DNA of 22,349 nt from contig JADGIF010000082.1 in the NCBI GenBank assembly GCA_018985225.1, forward strand, positions 1 through 22,349, read 5' to 3'. Each line of letters starts with the position of its first letter. The first letter of the stretch is position 1. The notes beneath the pieces are model-generated. The model saw only the letters and a program-made list of their open reading frames with translations. It did no database searches and was not told the DNA's origin. The DNA comes from Amoeboradix gromovi X-113 (taxonomy: Eukaryota; Fungi; Sanchytriomycota). Shown here piece after piece: positions 1 to 10,098 of the stretch. The translations under genes were made by a program, and so were the position numbers.

Positions 1-143
1 CTTCTAGTTTATTTTGAAAAGAGGAATACAATTAATGAAAGAAAATTGGTATAATAGAAGATCTTTTATTAATGATAGCATTTCCTCCGTATGGAGCACC
101 TCCTTTAAAAACGAGTTAGTCTAGTTTTTATATTTCGTGTCCC
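1..143 (-). mobile_element. Terminal part of a TIR element (MITE family), cut by the window edge
   Basis: The reverse complement of 1-143 aligns almost base for base with 10976-11119, the left end of the complete MITE. It ends in the family TIR AGTTAGTCTAGTTTTTATATTTCGTGTCCC. Confidence 0.9.
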
Positions 144-841
144 AAAAGATACCTGTCTTATGTAATCAGCTTTTCCTTGGTGCACATAAGGTTTTAGATA
201 CGATTTGATTCGCCAAACTTGTGCAACTATGTGAAGCACTTTTAATAAATGCTTCGATTTTCTTGCCTCGCATGGAGATAAAAACTCTGAGATAACTTCA
301 GCACCAACAAAGAGCCTTCATTGAGAAAAAGACACAGTAATCAAGTGAAAATCTTACGGTCAATACAATGACCCTTAAGGAGTCACTACGCCCACCCAGT
401 TCCAATATCAGAGCAGTAAAAAGAGCCCCGAGTCATTCAATGTTTGCCAAAATGTATAAAGACCAAATAGACAGAAATAAAGTGATTGCAAACCATTTCG
501 CCTAATCTATGGGTCACAAGAACTGAGGCACTTCTCTAAAAACTGTCTGATATGGGTTTTCAGTGAGTGCTCCATGCATTGCAAAAGAGCAAACCGAAAA
601 TTATAGCTAATATTCCTTAATAGCAGTAATGAAATTAAACAATGAGCCTATGTTTGAGAGAAAACAAAACAATGAGCTCACGAACAATATCCATGCTAAT
701 TTGTAAATATTCTTAAGCGCTTCATAGATGCATAGGGCGAAGTGGTTGTATTTTGAATCCATTAGTTGATTAGGGATTATAATATCACTAGGTAACGTCA
801 TTATATTCTGCTTTTAAGTTCCAACAAGTCAATTTCCCCCA

Positions 842-1309
842 ATGTTTGAAATAGTCCCAGCAAAAGCTCATCATGTATTTGATTTATTAACTTAGATGCT
901 AGACATGCAGAATATAAATTTACGCAACCTACCAGAAAATTACACCGTTAAGTACTTTGGGTATCATCTTATGCTGTGGCCTCAATTAAGTTTTGTCTGC
1001 TTAGTAGATGGCAAAGTAGCGGGATATTGCCTAGGTAAAATAGAAGAAGATGACAGGTTTCATGGACATATCACAAGTTTAGCAGTGCATCCCCAATATC
1101 GTAGGCTAGGGATAGCAAAAAGATTAATTACGTTATCAGTTATGCAAATGAGGGACACTTGGCAGACGAAAGGTGTTTATTTACATGTTAGAATTAGTAA
1201 CAAGAATGCTCAAGGCCTTTACGAGCAAATTGGGTTTAAGTTAGAAAGATTGGAAAAGTCTTACTACCAAGATGGCGAAGATGCTATTAGTATGAAATTG
1301 GTGCACTAA
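842..1309 (+). CDS. NAA10: N-terminal acetyltransferase NatA catalytic subunit (ARD1/NAA10); exons 842-874 and 896-1309
   Basis: Motifs NLxxLPENY, WPQLSFV, HGHITSLAV, RRLGIA, LHVRxSN and YYxDGEDA. Removing the 21-nt intron 875-895 gives the N-terminus MFEIVPAKAHHMLDMQ, matching the usual NAA10 start length. Confidence 0.93.
875..895 (+). other. 21-nt spliceosomal intron
   Basis: GTATTTGATTTATTAACTTAG: GT-AG ends, an in-frame TAG, and removal joins ATG 842 to the NAA10 frame. Confidence 0.85.
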
Positions 1310-1319
1310 TAAAAATAAA

Positions 1320-2501
1320 ATGTATTTTGGCTTGGGATTAATATCTAATCTTTTGAAAATGTTTGTACAACTCAAATCAACCAGCCTTGTCAGGACTAGG
1401 AAAATCAAACTTGATTGGGCGAAAATAATTTGCAAGCGTCTTCATAAACTAATTAGCATCGCAGTTAATGTTTTATCAACGAGAATGCGTTTGATTAAGA
1501 GGCGAGGTCCAGAAGACAACAGCCAAACTTTGCCTATCCTGAAAGGCAGCATCCCCACTGCAACCCAGATAGTCGAATCACCACTTGAGACTACGCCATC
1601 AACAGTACGGCTACCAAACCCATCCTCTGTTAGTACGCCTGGGCCAGAAAATTTTTCTGAAACTGTAATAACACCTTCACTTCCATCCCTAAGTACTGCT
1701 GCATTAGCGGCGCCAAAAGCCTCTCTAAAATCTACCAGGTCAACTGCAGTTTTCCAAAAAGGAACTCTGAAATCAAACTCTAACAAATCAAGCCCTGTAA
1801 CAAAAAACGGAATTCCAAATAATGGGACTATCGTTCCGTCTAATTTTGGTGATAAAGTGTCCCAACTGGATACTAATAAACCTGAAGAGTCTTCTAATTC
1901 CACTCCTATTACTCTGGGTGCAGTTAGTGCCTTGCTCCTAGTTGTGCTATTTGTTTTATTCTTTTACAACCGTAAATTAAAAAACAAAGCAGTAAATGAC
2001 TTGTTTGAAAAGGAAGGATATAAAGAGCCAGAGAAATTGTCAATTTATGGTAACAGGCATGCAATTGATACATCCAGTAGTGCATTAAATGAACCACAGA
2101 GTCGTGGTGTGTCTAATTTGCAAAATGCATCGGTGCACCCAGCAGGCGCATTTTATGGTCACTACAATGACCAAAATAATTCACAAATGACTGATGCAAC
2201 TTCTCGATCTTCTGAATACCTCAGATCACGGGCAGAATACAACCCTAAATCACCGGAAGATTACAGAACCTCAAATTTCCCAAGCATGTACTTCAACCAG
2301 CCTCCAAATGTAGAGATGGAAAGAACTTTGGCACTACACAACGCAGACGATGCAGATGAATATAAAGTCCAATCGATGATATCGGATATCACTGTATATA
2401 CTCTAGATTCAAACTCAGCAAATGAGAGTGTCGGTCAATCAACAAGAACTACGCTGATGATGTCAGCATTTGATATGAAGACTGATCAAATAAATTATTA
2501 G
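1320..2501 (+). CDS. Ser/Thr/Pro-rich single-pass membrane protein of unknown function; true start may be ATG 1485
   Basis: Low-complexity S/T/P-rich region, one hydrophobic helix (ITLGAVSALLLVVLFVLFFY), a basic stop-transfer RKLK, then a disordered tail. Confidence 0.7.
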   Translation: MYFGLGLISNLLKMFVQLKSTSLVRTRKIKLDWAKIICKRLHKLISIAVNVLSTRMRLIKRRGPEDNSQTLPILKGSIPTATQIVESPLETTPSTVRLPNPSSVSTPGPENFSETVITPSLPSLSTAALAAPKASLKSTRSTAVFQKGTLKSNSNKSSPVTKNGIPNNGTIVPSNFGDKVSQLDTNKPEESSNSTPITLGAVSALLLVVLFVLFFYNRKLKNKAVNDLFEKEGYKEPEKLSIYGNRHAIDTSSSALNEPQSRGVSNLQNASVHPAGAFYGHYNDQNNSQMTDATSRSSEYLRSRAEYNPKSPEDYRTSNFPSMYFNQPPNVEMERTLALHNADDADEYKVQSMISDITVYTLDSNSANESVGQSTRTTLMMSAFDMKTDQINY

Positions 2502-2749
2502 ATACTTCATGTTTTAGTTGCCTGGGCTACTCATAAGTTGAGCTTTAAGTTTAGATTTGGCAATTACTACCAACATCCAGAGATGCAATCCTACCATTAA
2601 CTTTTATAAAATTCTAACAAACATTATTTTCATTTATTTATTATCAAAATCATTAATTTAATACAGCGCACTTGTGAAGAATTCGCTTCTACAATAGCAG
2701 TAATAATATCAAGCACTGCAGTAAATAATTTAGTGCTTAAATCTATTTA

Positions 2750-4261
2750 TTAATTTTGTAACCCTTGGTTTCTTACCGACAAGAATTCTCTAAAATTCGA
2801 GGCAGTTTCTGCCTTCAAGTATTCTTTCAAGGAAGGCAAGTAGCTTTTCATTTGCTCCAAGCACTGATTGTATGTCTTAGTGCTGCTAGCATATTTAGAT
2901 TTGGCTCTGATGTTATTGAAATCTAGTAGCAATTCATCGTCCCAGGTATGTTGCTGGTAACGTGATTCTATTTCTGCTATTACATTATCCATGTCCCTAA
3001 GCATCGTGTTGTATTCAAATCGTTTGTTTTCATCATTTATTATTTCATCTGGTAGCTCAAGTGAATCTGCTACCGGATTAAACACTCCATTTAATACATC
3101 GTTGATAAACACAGTAAAATCCTGCATTTTAAATAAATTGATTGATTCTATCTTTTCCTTGGTATCAAAAAAATTGGAGCAAATGCTGAAGTAATTGCCA
3201 TAATCCATTGCGAATAATCCTTTATTTATCTTGACATACGGCCATAGCGCTGCAATATTCAAATGGTACTCGTCAAGGTCTAGAGTACTAATTTCTCTAT
3301 TATCATGTCTACTGCAAACATTTAAATTTTGAAGCATTAGTTGATTATAGTAATTTTGTACTTTCTTGGCATTGCTCTTGCTTGGAATTCCGAAGTTGGA
3401 TTGTATGTAATTGGCAATAGATACTGTCTTATACAACTTATTAAGTTGTTTTAAGTCACTCTTTCCAGTTGAGGTGCGAGCTAAAGTACGGGACAACATA
3501 GGTGGAACATGAAACTTAAAGAGAAGTGCCATAGCGTTTATGTTGTAGTAGTCTGAGTCCTTGGGGTAATAGTAGTCTGAGTGGCTAAGCAGTGAATCCA
3601 ATGATTCAAACAGGAGATAAGCTAAATAACCAATATGCTCGAATCTTTTTTCTCCAGCCGAAATAGCCGTTATGAATTCCATTCTGCCCAGATTTGCCAA
3701 CAGTAGAATTTTTTTGGACATAGGATCTGCTACATCAATTGTAGGATATTCTCCATGAAATGTAGGACTAAAATCAATGTTAATGCGGCACCAATTTCTC
3801 CAGTTAGGGAATTTAAGATTTAAATTATACCCAAAAGCATTCAAGTTGTGATTGTTTTGTAACGCTATTTTAACACCTGAACGCAGATGAGTTGTAATCT
3901 CAGTTATTTCTTTCTGGTTTATATCACTGTTTAACTTATTTTTAGTCAATTGCATCAAGCAGGCAAGTGCAAGTCTACTAAATATGTAGACATCTAAACT
4001 TTCTCCAAACATATTGACCATGTTGGAGCTAAATACAGGTTCATCCTGTAATGATCCCAATCTCGACAAACGTTCTTCAAATTTAACTGGATCGATTTCA
4101 AGTATATTCCTAATATTATCTTGAAGTTCTTTATTGGCCGAGATATCATGAGTGACAAGATACTTTAAACAGTTGAAAGGGTTGGGCTTAATGATACCGT
4201 AGCCAGTGCATCTTGCTAGCTTCCATTCAAGTGCAAATATAAAGAATGCCAAATAGATCAT
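2750..4261 (-). CDS. Hypothetical protein (503 aa), probably secreted
   Basis: Long uninterrupted ORF with a short hydrophobic N-terminus (MIYLAFFIFA). No domain recognised. Confidence 0.75.
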   Translation of the reverse strand: MIYLAFFIFALEWKLARCTGYGIIKPNPFNCLKYLVTHDISANKELQDNIRNILEIDPVKFEERLSRLGSLQDEPVFSSNMVNMFGESLDVYIFSRLALACLMQLTKNKLNSDINQKEITEITTHLRSGVKIALQNNHNLNAFGYNLNLKFPNWRNWCRINIDFSPTFHGEYPTIDVADPMSKKILLLANLGRMEFITAISAGEKRFEHIGYLAYLLFESLDSLLSHSDYYYPKDSDYYNINAMALLFKFHVPPMLSRTLARTSTGKSDLKQLNKLYKTVSIANYIQSNFGIPSKSNAKKVQNYYNQLMLQNLNVCSRHDNREISTLDLDEYHLNIAALWPYVKINKGLFAMDYGNYFSICSNFFDTKEKIESINLFKMQDFTVFINDVLNGVFNPVADSLELPDEIINDENKRFEYNTMLRDMDNVIAEIESRYQQHTWDDELLLDFNNIRAKSKYASSTKTYNQCLEQMKSYLPSLKEYLKAETASNFREFLSVRNQGLQN

Positions 4262-4502
4262 TTAATGTATGTAGGGGGAAATAATGATGAGAGTGGGGTA
4301 CTATTATCCAACTCGAGTTTAGAAAGTGGTACAAATTGCGCAATATTCGATTTATTGCGTGTGCAACAGGAGAGTTTCCATATTGTTGCGAGATATCACA
4401 AGTAAGCTGTGACAGCCATTGCGAGTAAATTCAGCATCAGCCTAAGATTTTTACGGCCTTGGCTGTAATCTTTTTTAGAGAAAGTAAATGAATGTGTATT
4501 TA

Positions 4503-6228
4503 TTATTTTCGTGCACTAGGCTTTCGTCTGAGTGATCCGAATCTGCTCAATGAAGCGGTGCCTTTACTTATGGACCCAATTGTGGGGGACGTGGTCTTAT
4601 TACCGCTGTTTTGCCTTCCTAGTGTGGTGGCATTTCTACTTATTGTGTTTTTCTTCTCTTCCGAGATTTCATCGCCATTTAAAGAGTCCAAAGATGACCT
4701 GATCACTTGATTTTCAGTTACGCCAGGAATACATGTATCGCTGAATAAGGGCAGGGCTTCAAATCCGACAAAATCGTTGGGAAACATGTTTCTAAGCATT
4801 TTATAAAGTGAATATGGCATATGTGGTCTTGCTTTACGAGCTCTAAACGGAGGTAGTTCCGACTGCCATCTAGGTATATCTTCTTTCATCCATGCGTATT
4901 CTTTTACTCTTTTGGCTACTGGCCTCTTTTGCGGGTTCTTCTGCAACAAATCTAAATAAACAAAAACTACCTATTAGTAATCTTCTTAAATTGTAGTCTA
5001 GCTCCTCGGGTATGAAGGCTTTTTGTACTTTAATTGCTTCGTACAATTTTGCAATATCGTTGTCTTCGATTTCAAACGGTAACTGACCTAAAACCATAGC
5101 ATACAGTATTATGCCACAGGCCCAAATATCCACTTCAAACCCTACAAATTTTGTATTTTCATCCAGTGTTTCTGGCGCCATAAACTGGTGAGTTCCAGAG
5201 AAAACAACAAACTTTGGAACTGGTTCAAAAGGGGAGGCTATTTCAGCAATTCCGAAATCGCTGATCTTCAACACGTTGTCTGTACGCAGCAAAATATTAG
5301 CTGGTTTAATATCGCGATGCGCAATTCCTTGTTGATGTAAATAGTATATTCCATCCATTAACTGTTTGAAATAGTTTTGAACTTGTGAAAGTGGGAGCCT
5401 ACCGTTTGGAGACCTATCTAGCATAGTTTGCAATGTAACAGTACAATACTCAAATATGGCATACTGTTTGGTCACTTGCTGTAGATTTTTATGGTGCGGA
5501 ACTATTTTTGGATCGTCAGGATTAATTTTCGCATAAACATCAATTAGTCTGATTATATTAGGGTGCTTTAGTTTTCTCAATATACTTATCTCCTTATGTA
5601 TATTTTCCAATGCGCCTGTCATTTTTTTAAGTTTTTTATAACTAAATATTTTAATTGCAACTATTTGCAGAGTTTCTGAGCAAATAGCTGATTTAACCTT
5701 TGCGAAAGCGCCATGACCAAGTCCTTCGTGGAAAACATAACTTCCTACTTTCTTATATTCTTGTTCATCAGTCTTCCATACAATATCTTTGCTCTCCATT
5801 CTAACTATAAAATTATCACTACTTACCTTTTTTGACAACAAATAATTCATGTACTCATTATTTACATCAGGCTGTATTGAAAATTGACTACTCTTTCTGG
5901 ATTTTCTTCTGAATTTTGGGCTATTTATGGTTTTGGGCTTACTAGCGGTACTTCCGTTTGATTTTATACTCATGCTGGATCTGTTAGATCCTAAACTCTC
6001 TAAATCTAAATTTAGCGATGCAATTCGCTGCTTATGTGTTTTAAATAATAAATCTTCACTTCTGAATTTTTTTAATTCGGATTTAGGTAAAACAAAAAGA
6101 TTAGACATACTTTTAGATTTTACAAGTGGCCTTTTTTTAAGTGGATCATATGGCACTTTGGTTATTTTTAATTCACCTCGAAAACGAGATGGGATCGATA
6201 TACTTTCATTACTTCGCGAGGTTGACAT
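4503..6228 (-). CDS. STK11: Ser/Thr kinase STK11/LKB1 orthologue; exons 6228-4971 and 4951-4503
   Basis: LKB1-like segments FIVRMESKDIVW, SETLQIVAIKI, KKLKKMTGALENIHKEI, FEYC..LQTMLD, YFKQLMDG, LKISDFGIAE..PF and GFEVDIW. A 19-nt intron joins the two ORFs and restores subdomain XI (LLIDLLQKNPQKRP). Confidence 0.88.
4952..4970 (-). other. 19-nt spliceosomal intron
   Basis: GTAGTTTTTGTTTATTTAG on the minus strand. Removal repairs the frameshift between ORFs 4870-6228 and 4503-4949. Confidence 0.88.
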
Positions 6229-6405
6229 TGTGGCTTATTTTCAACGATAAAAATATTTTGTCGTATAGTGATTGCTTTTGAAGGCGTTGCTTTATTTTGC
6301 GCGGATCTACTTAAATGGAACTCACATTAAAAAACTAGGTTTTATTAAAACAAATGCCTCAAAAATATAACTAGTCCTATAGTAACTCATTTAGTGACCT
6401 TGTTT

Positions 6406-6570
6406 GAGTTTATCGTATCATGTCATTGTTCTCACTGTATGCTCGCATTAGTAGCAAGCTCCTGCTCTCGAAATAAGCGCAGTAGCTTCGTAGACAAAGT
6501 TTGCTTCGTTTTACTAACATTATGAACAGTTGGTTGCCAACAATTGGAAATTGAATTGTAGAATCGAGCA
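6406..6570 (+). pseudogene. Possible highly degenerate Fanzor1 C-terminal remnant
   Basis: In-frame EFIVSCHCSHC...KVCFVLL..*..GC.....L*NR follows the Fanzor1 spacing E-F-x-T-S-x-x-C-x-x-C ... W-N-R-D, with stops and substitutions. Confidence 0.3.
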
Positions 6571-6600
6571 CTAGAAAGTGAACTTCAGAACAGAATATAC

Positions 6601-6650
6601 GGGACGCACTCTATTGTAACGAGACTCTCTCAAATGTTTCGAAAAAGTGA
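6601..6650. mobile_element. Isolated TIR end of the GGGAC family
   Basis: GGGACGCACTCTATTGTAACGAGAC...GTTTCGAAAAA resembles the end at 17935 (GGGACATACTCTACAAAACTAGAC...GTTTCAAAAA). Its partner end was not identified. Confidence 0.55.
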
Positions 6651-6892
6651 AATTGATAATTTCGAATACAGGCGATCCAGTGATGTCTATTGACTCTTGT
6701 TTCGTGTTGATAAAAGTAAATCTCTTCAGTCGGTTCGATGGTATAAGCAACTATGGTTTTACTTTGTGAAAATGAGACTAGAGTTGATTTCATGTGAATT
6801 ACTTTATGAAAAGAGAGTAGGATCGTGAATACTGTGTGAAAACGAAACCAAGAAAAATAATCGAGATGAGTTGATATATAACTTTTTTACTT

Positions 6893-7054
6893 TTAATATG
6901 CTTTTCTATAGGCTCCTAACTCTTCTCCAATAATACAAACACCGAGCAAACCTCCATTTGAATCATCGTAATGCTTTTCATCATACTTTATCTGAGTTTT
7001 ATTGGCATCTAATTTGATTCCTTTCCATGATCCCGATTTCTCAATAAATTCCAT
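6893..7054 (-). pseudogene. Probable detached C-terminal piece of the 7096-8409 gene
   Basis: Frame MEFIEKSGSWKGIKLDANKTQIKY...LLGVCII lies just past the stop in a shifted frame. TQIKY parallels HQICF near the end of the paralogue at 19824-21653. Confidence 0.45.
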
Positions 7055-7095
7055 TTTGCTATTATGCTTTTTCTTCTAAACGATTGTAAAGTATT

Positions 7096-8409
7096 TTAAT
7101 CATCCGTGGTCATGCCCTTATAGTTTCCCGTTCTATTAGACCAAATAAATTGTCTCAACAGACAACCGTTTTGAATTTCCAATTCGACCGCAGTCTTTTT
7201 AACAGCAAAGCAAACAAGACCAGCATGGACATAATCTTTTTCGAATTTCTTGTATTTTCCTCTTCCATCTTTTGAAAGTGCATAACTTAAACAAACATCC
7301 ATGTCAGTACCACAATAAAAGCCGGGGCCCAGTTCTGTTGCATATCTGATGCAAATTGGTTGAATACGTTGCGATATGGAGACAGCTGAATCTAAAGTTG
7401 TTGCATGGAATACAAACTCATATTCATTGCGATCAACAATCCCCATCATATCATTAATTTGACCAAATAGAATGGACTGCTTTTCAGCGTTGTTATATTT
7501 CCAGATGAATGTGTTTTTGAATGGCGTTAATGCCTCTTCATTGAAGATGATGCTTCTATCTTCGATGTCGACTAGAATAAACAATAGGCCCCAATGATCT
7601 ATCATGAGCGGATCCATATCAGATATATCTTGGATAAGTTGATCTTTAGAAATTTTAAATTCAGATAAATAAACCATGTTGTGAATTTGCTGTTTCTTTT
7701 CCAAGTAATACATAAAAGTTTTTAAATAGATAGGGCTATGTAATACACAGTTGTCTCTGTGCCTATCAGATTCCAATTCTGACTTTAAAAGCAATTGTTC
7801 CCAAACTGGACACCACACTAAATCAACAATGTTCTGATCATTATGAGTTTGACTAAATACATCAAAGTGGTCATGTACGACAAAGAATGATGAAATATCA
7901 TTACAAGTAAAGTCTAAAATGTGTTCAGCATCTCTTTTCAACATGGCACGAGAAACAAAGAAATAATGTCTACAGAAATGGTAGAGTTTAGACATTCTCC
8001 TCCTCTTAAGGTTATTTCTACGCTTTCTGACAAAATGTGTGCAGTTGCACGTAAATTTGTTGTCCTTGACTTGAACTATAGCGTCAGCTATCTCTGTTAT
8101 ACCATACCCCATTACCAGTTCAGACAATACGATAATAGAATTGGGCGAGTCCAACTTGTCTACAAAAATTAAACCAGTGATTGAATTTACAATTTCTTCG
8201 ATGTTTACCAGTGTCAAATGCTGAAAGAAACCAGTACGCAAATTCTTTTTCAAGATATTATCAGGGCGCATGGCAGCTCTAAAAGCATATTTATATTCCA
8301 GAATCTCTCGTAGTCGCCCATCTCCATGTTTCCATAATTCAAGAGGAGGTTTCAAGTAGCTATTTAGGTTATAGATAGGCTTAGTTATTCCTCCAACGAC
8401 TTCCATCAC
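7096..8409 (-). CDS. SWIM-type Zn finger + ADP-ribosyltransferase-like (DUF3990-like) protein, probably truncated or decaying
   Basis: CNC-x(n)-CRH SWIM pattern. C-terminal FVFHATT...ELGPGFYCGTD...SYA resembles H-Y class ART fold motifs. First ATG at 8406, abutting a Fanzor element end. Confidence 0.65.
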   Translation of the reverse strand: MMEVVGGITKPIYNLNSYLKPPLELWKHGDGRLREILEYKYAFRAAMRPDNILKKNLRTGFFQHLTLVNIEEIVNSITGLIFVDKLDSPNSIIVLSELVMGYGITEIADAIVQVKDNKFTCNCTHFVRKRRNNLKRRRMSKLYHFCRHYFFVSRAMLKRDAEHILDFTCNDISSFFVVHDHFDVFSQTHNDQNIVDLVWCPVWEQLLLKSELESDRHRDNCVLHSPIYLKTFMYYLEKKQQIHNMVYLSEFKISKDQLIQDISDMDPLMIDHWGLLFILVDIEDRSIIFNEEALTPFKNTFIWKYNNAEKQSILFGQINDMMGIVDRNEYEFVFHATTLDSAVSISQRIQPICIRYATELGPGFYCGTDMDVCLSYALSKDGRGKYKKFEKDYVHAGLVCFAVKKTAVELEIQNGCLLRQFIWSNRTGNYKGMTTDD

Positions 8410-8520
8410 TTGGATTTAGAAATGGTCTCAAATCGAGAATTTCCACAGAGAACTAGCAATCCTAGGTGCTCCGTTACAGTGATTGCTCACGCTTGCACTG
8501 CCCTAAGGCGGGATTGAATA
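8409..8520 (-). ncRNA. Candidate Fanzor2 omegaRNA scaffold / element right end
   Basis: Overlaps and follows the NRDHMAARNI frame. Stems CAGTG/CACTG, AGCAATC/GATTGCT and a terminal hairpin GAAATTCTC-GATTT-GAGACCATTTC. Homologous to 13830-13908. Confidence 0.6.
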
Positions 8521-8578
8521 AGGACACATATTTTATGTATATGTTCCTTGCTGCCATATGATCTCTATTGTTGCACAC
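8474..8578 (-). pseudogene. Fanzor2/TnpB C-terminal remnant (RuvC-III)
   Basis: Translates VCNNRDHMAARNIYIKYVSLFNPALGQCKREQSL*, matching the TnpB/Fanzor (D/N)RDxxAARNI motif. Confidence 0.8.
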
Positions 8579-8885
8579 GTGATAAGACTAATGACATGAA
8601 TTATTAAATAAATAGTTAGCAGATTTATTTATCGTTGATTTCTTTTGAGGACGGGTTGAAAGACACCTAATTGTTCCATGTTTGGACCAGTTCCTCAACG
8701 TTGATGAACCTATACTGCACTGTTGGTTTTTTCTTTACGTTCCATTTACCATTTGCGAAATGAAAAATATCGAGCACATGAGGTATTGGAAAAGTCATGA
8801 AATTATACAAAAATGCATACAAATTCGGGATAAATGATTTATTAAAGAAAGCAATCGAGCTGTTAATTTAAGTCAGATTTTTACG

Positions 8886-9086
8886 AGTCTATCAAGTAAA
8901 GTAGTTGGAAATATGGTGGCCACTGCGCTTGAAGTTGAGTTGTAAATAAGAGGAAGACGTTGATTAAATGTGGTGAATTATTCACTACTCAGACGTGCAC
9001 AATGCATGGTACTCTGAAGAAAACTAGCTTTGCTCATGTTTTGTGGAAATCCTTGTTTTTCTCGTATATCAGGACTTTTAGTTAGG
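8886..9086 (+). pseudogene. Internally deleted Fanzor2 remnant plus element right end
   Basis: SLSSKVVGNM, then in a shifted frame KTLIKCGELFTTQTCTMHGTLKKT (E at 8975), matching E-x-Y/F-T-S-x-T-C-x-x-C-G. The tail TGTGGAAATCCTTG...CAGGACTT matches the tail of the 13792 copy. Confidence 0.72.
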
Positions 9087-9112
9087 AACTTATTCCTTGA
9101 AACCCACTTCAT

Positions 9113-9928
9113 ATGAACAGAGAAATTTCATCATTACATTTGCAGAAACCGCACTTAATCAGTGTAAAACCAACCACGTCTATTGGTCAAACGCTTGAAA
9201 TACTAAAAAAACACAACATAATTTCAATTCCAATCCAATCTCATGACAAGGATCACGGTTTTATTGGAATCATATCAGCCTTTGATATTTGCTGTTATAT
9301 ACTAAGAAAGAACAATTTTGATCATCACATTGAGAGCGCCTTGAGCTTGAATAGCGATTCGGAGTCATTTGTTTTAATCGAGGTTGCTGCATTTGATACC
9401 TTAAGAACAGTGATGAACCACTTGTCTACGGTACATAGACTTTTGGTTGTCGATAAGAAGAGACAGTTTTTAATCTCCCAATCAGACATAATTCGCTATT
9501 TTTATGAACATCCAATAAAAGAGGAAGAGTGCCGTAAGACTCTTGAACAAGTCTTTCCGGTCAGAGACATAATGTCTATCACGACCACATTGTCAGCTAA
9601 AGAGGGATTCGAGAAGCTAAAAACTTCGAATCATTTGGCATTGCCAATAGTTGATGAAAATAACAAATTTGTGCATGTATTAAGCAGTGCAGATCTTAGA
9701 GGTATTGATCAGCAAACTTTCAAACTCTTGGATCTAAAAATATTGGACTATTTGACTAGCATTAAAAAACAGAAACCAAAGACTGCGACATTGCAAACGA
9801 CAGTTCAGGATGTGATGAAGTTGAGTGTAGCTAATCTAGCGCACCGTACATTTGTATTGAGTGCGCAGGGAGAAATAATCAATGTGATTTCATTGACTGA
9901 TTTAATCAAATTGTTTTTAAAAGAATAA
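9113..9928 (+). CDS. Tandem CBS-domain protein (AMPK-gamma/Sds23-like)
   Basis: Four CBS repeats: NIISIPI..FIGIISAFDI, VHRLLVV..LISQSDII, LALPIVDE..VLSSADL and AHRTFVL..VISLTDLI. Confidence 0.88.
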   Translation: MNREISSLHLQKPHLISVKPTTSIGQTLEILKKHNIISIPIQSHDKDHGFIGIISAFDICCYILRKNNFDHHIESALSLNSDSESFVLIEVAAFDTLRTVMNHLSTVHRLLVVDKKRQFLISQSDIIRYFYEHPIKEEECRKTLEQVFPVRDIMSITTTLSAKEGFEKLKTSNHLALPIVDENNKFVHVLSSADLRGIDQQTFKLLDLKILDYLTSIKKQKPKTATLQTTVQDVMKLSVANLAHRTFVLSAQGEIINVISLTDLIKLFLKE

Positions 9929-10098
9929 ATAGTATATCCACCGTCTAATACACAGGACTCTTGATTAATTTTCTGATATTTTTTTGATTACACGATGACT
10001 TTTGTGTAATACTTTTGGCTTCAACATGTATAAAACTTATGCACTCCTCGGTAAGCGGTACTTTCAATAACCCGAATTTAAAGCTAAAAGTGAACAAC

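Noticed and set aside
144-801. 64-aa minus ORF and a possible spliced extension
   Set aside because: All downstream frames hit stops and no motif is recognisable.
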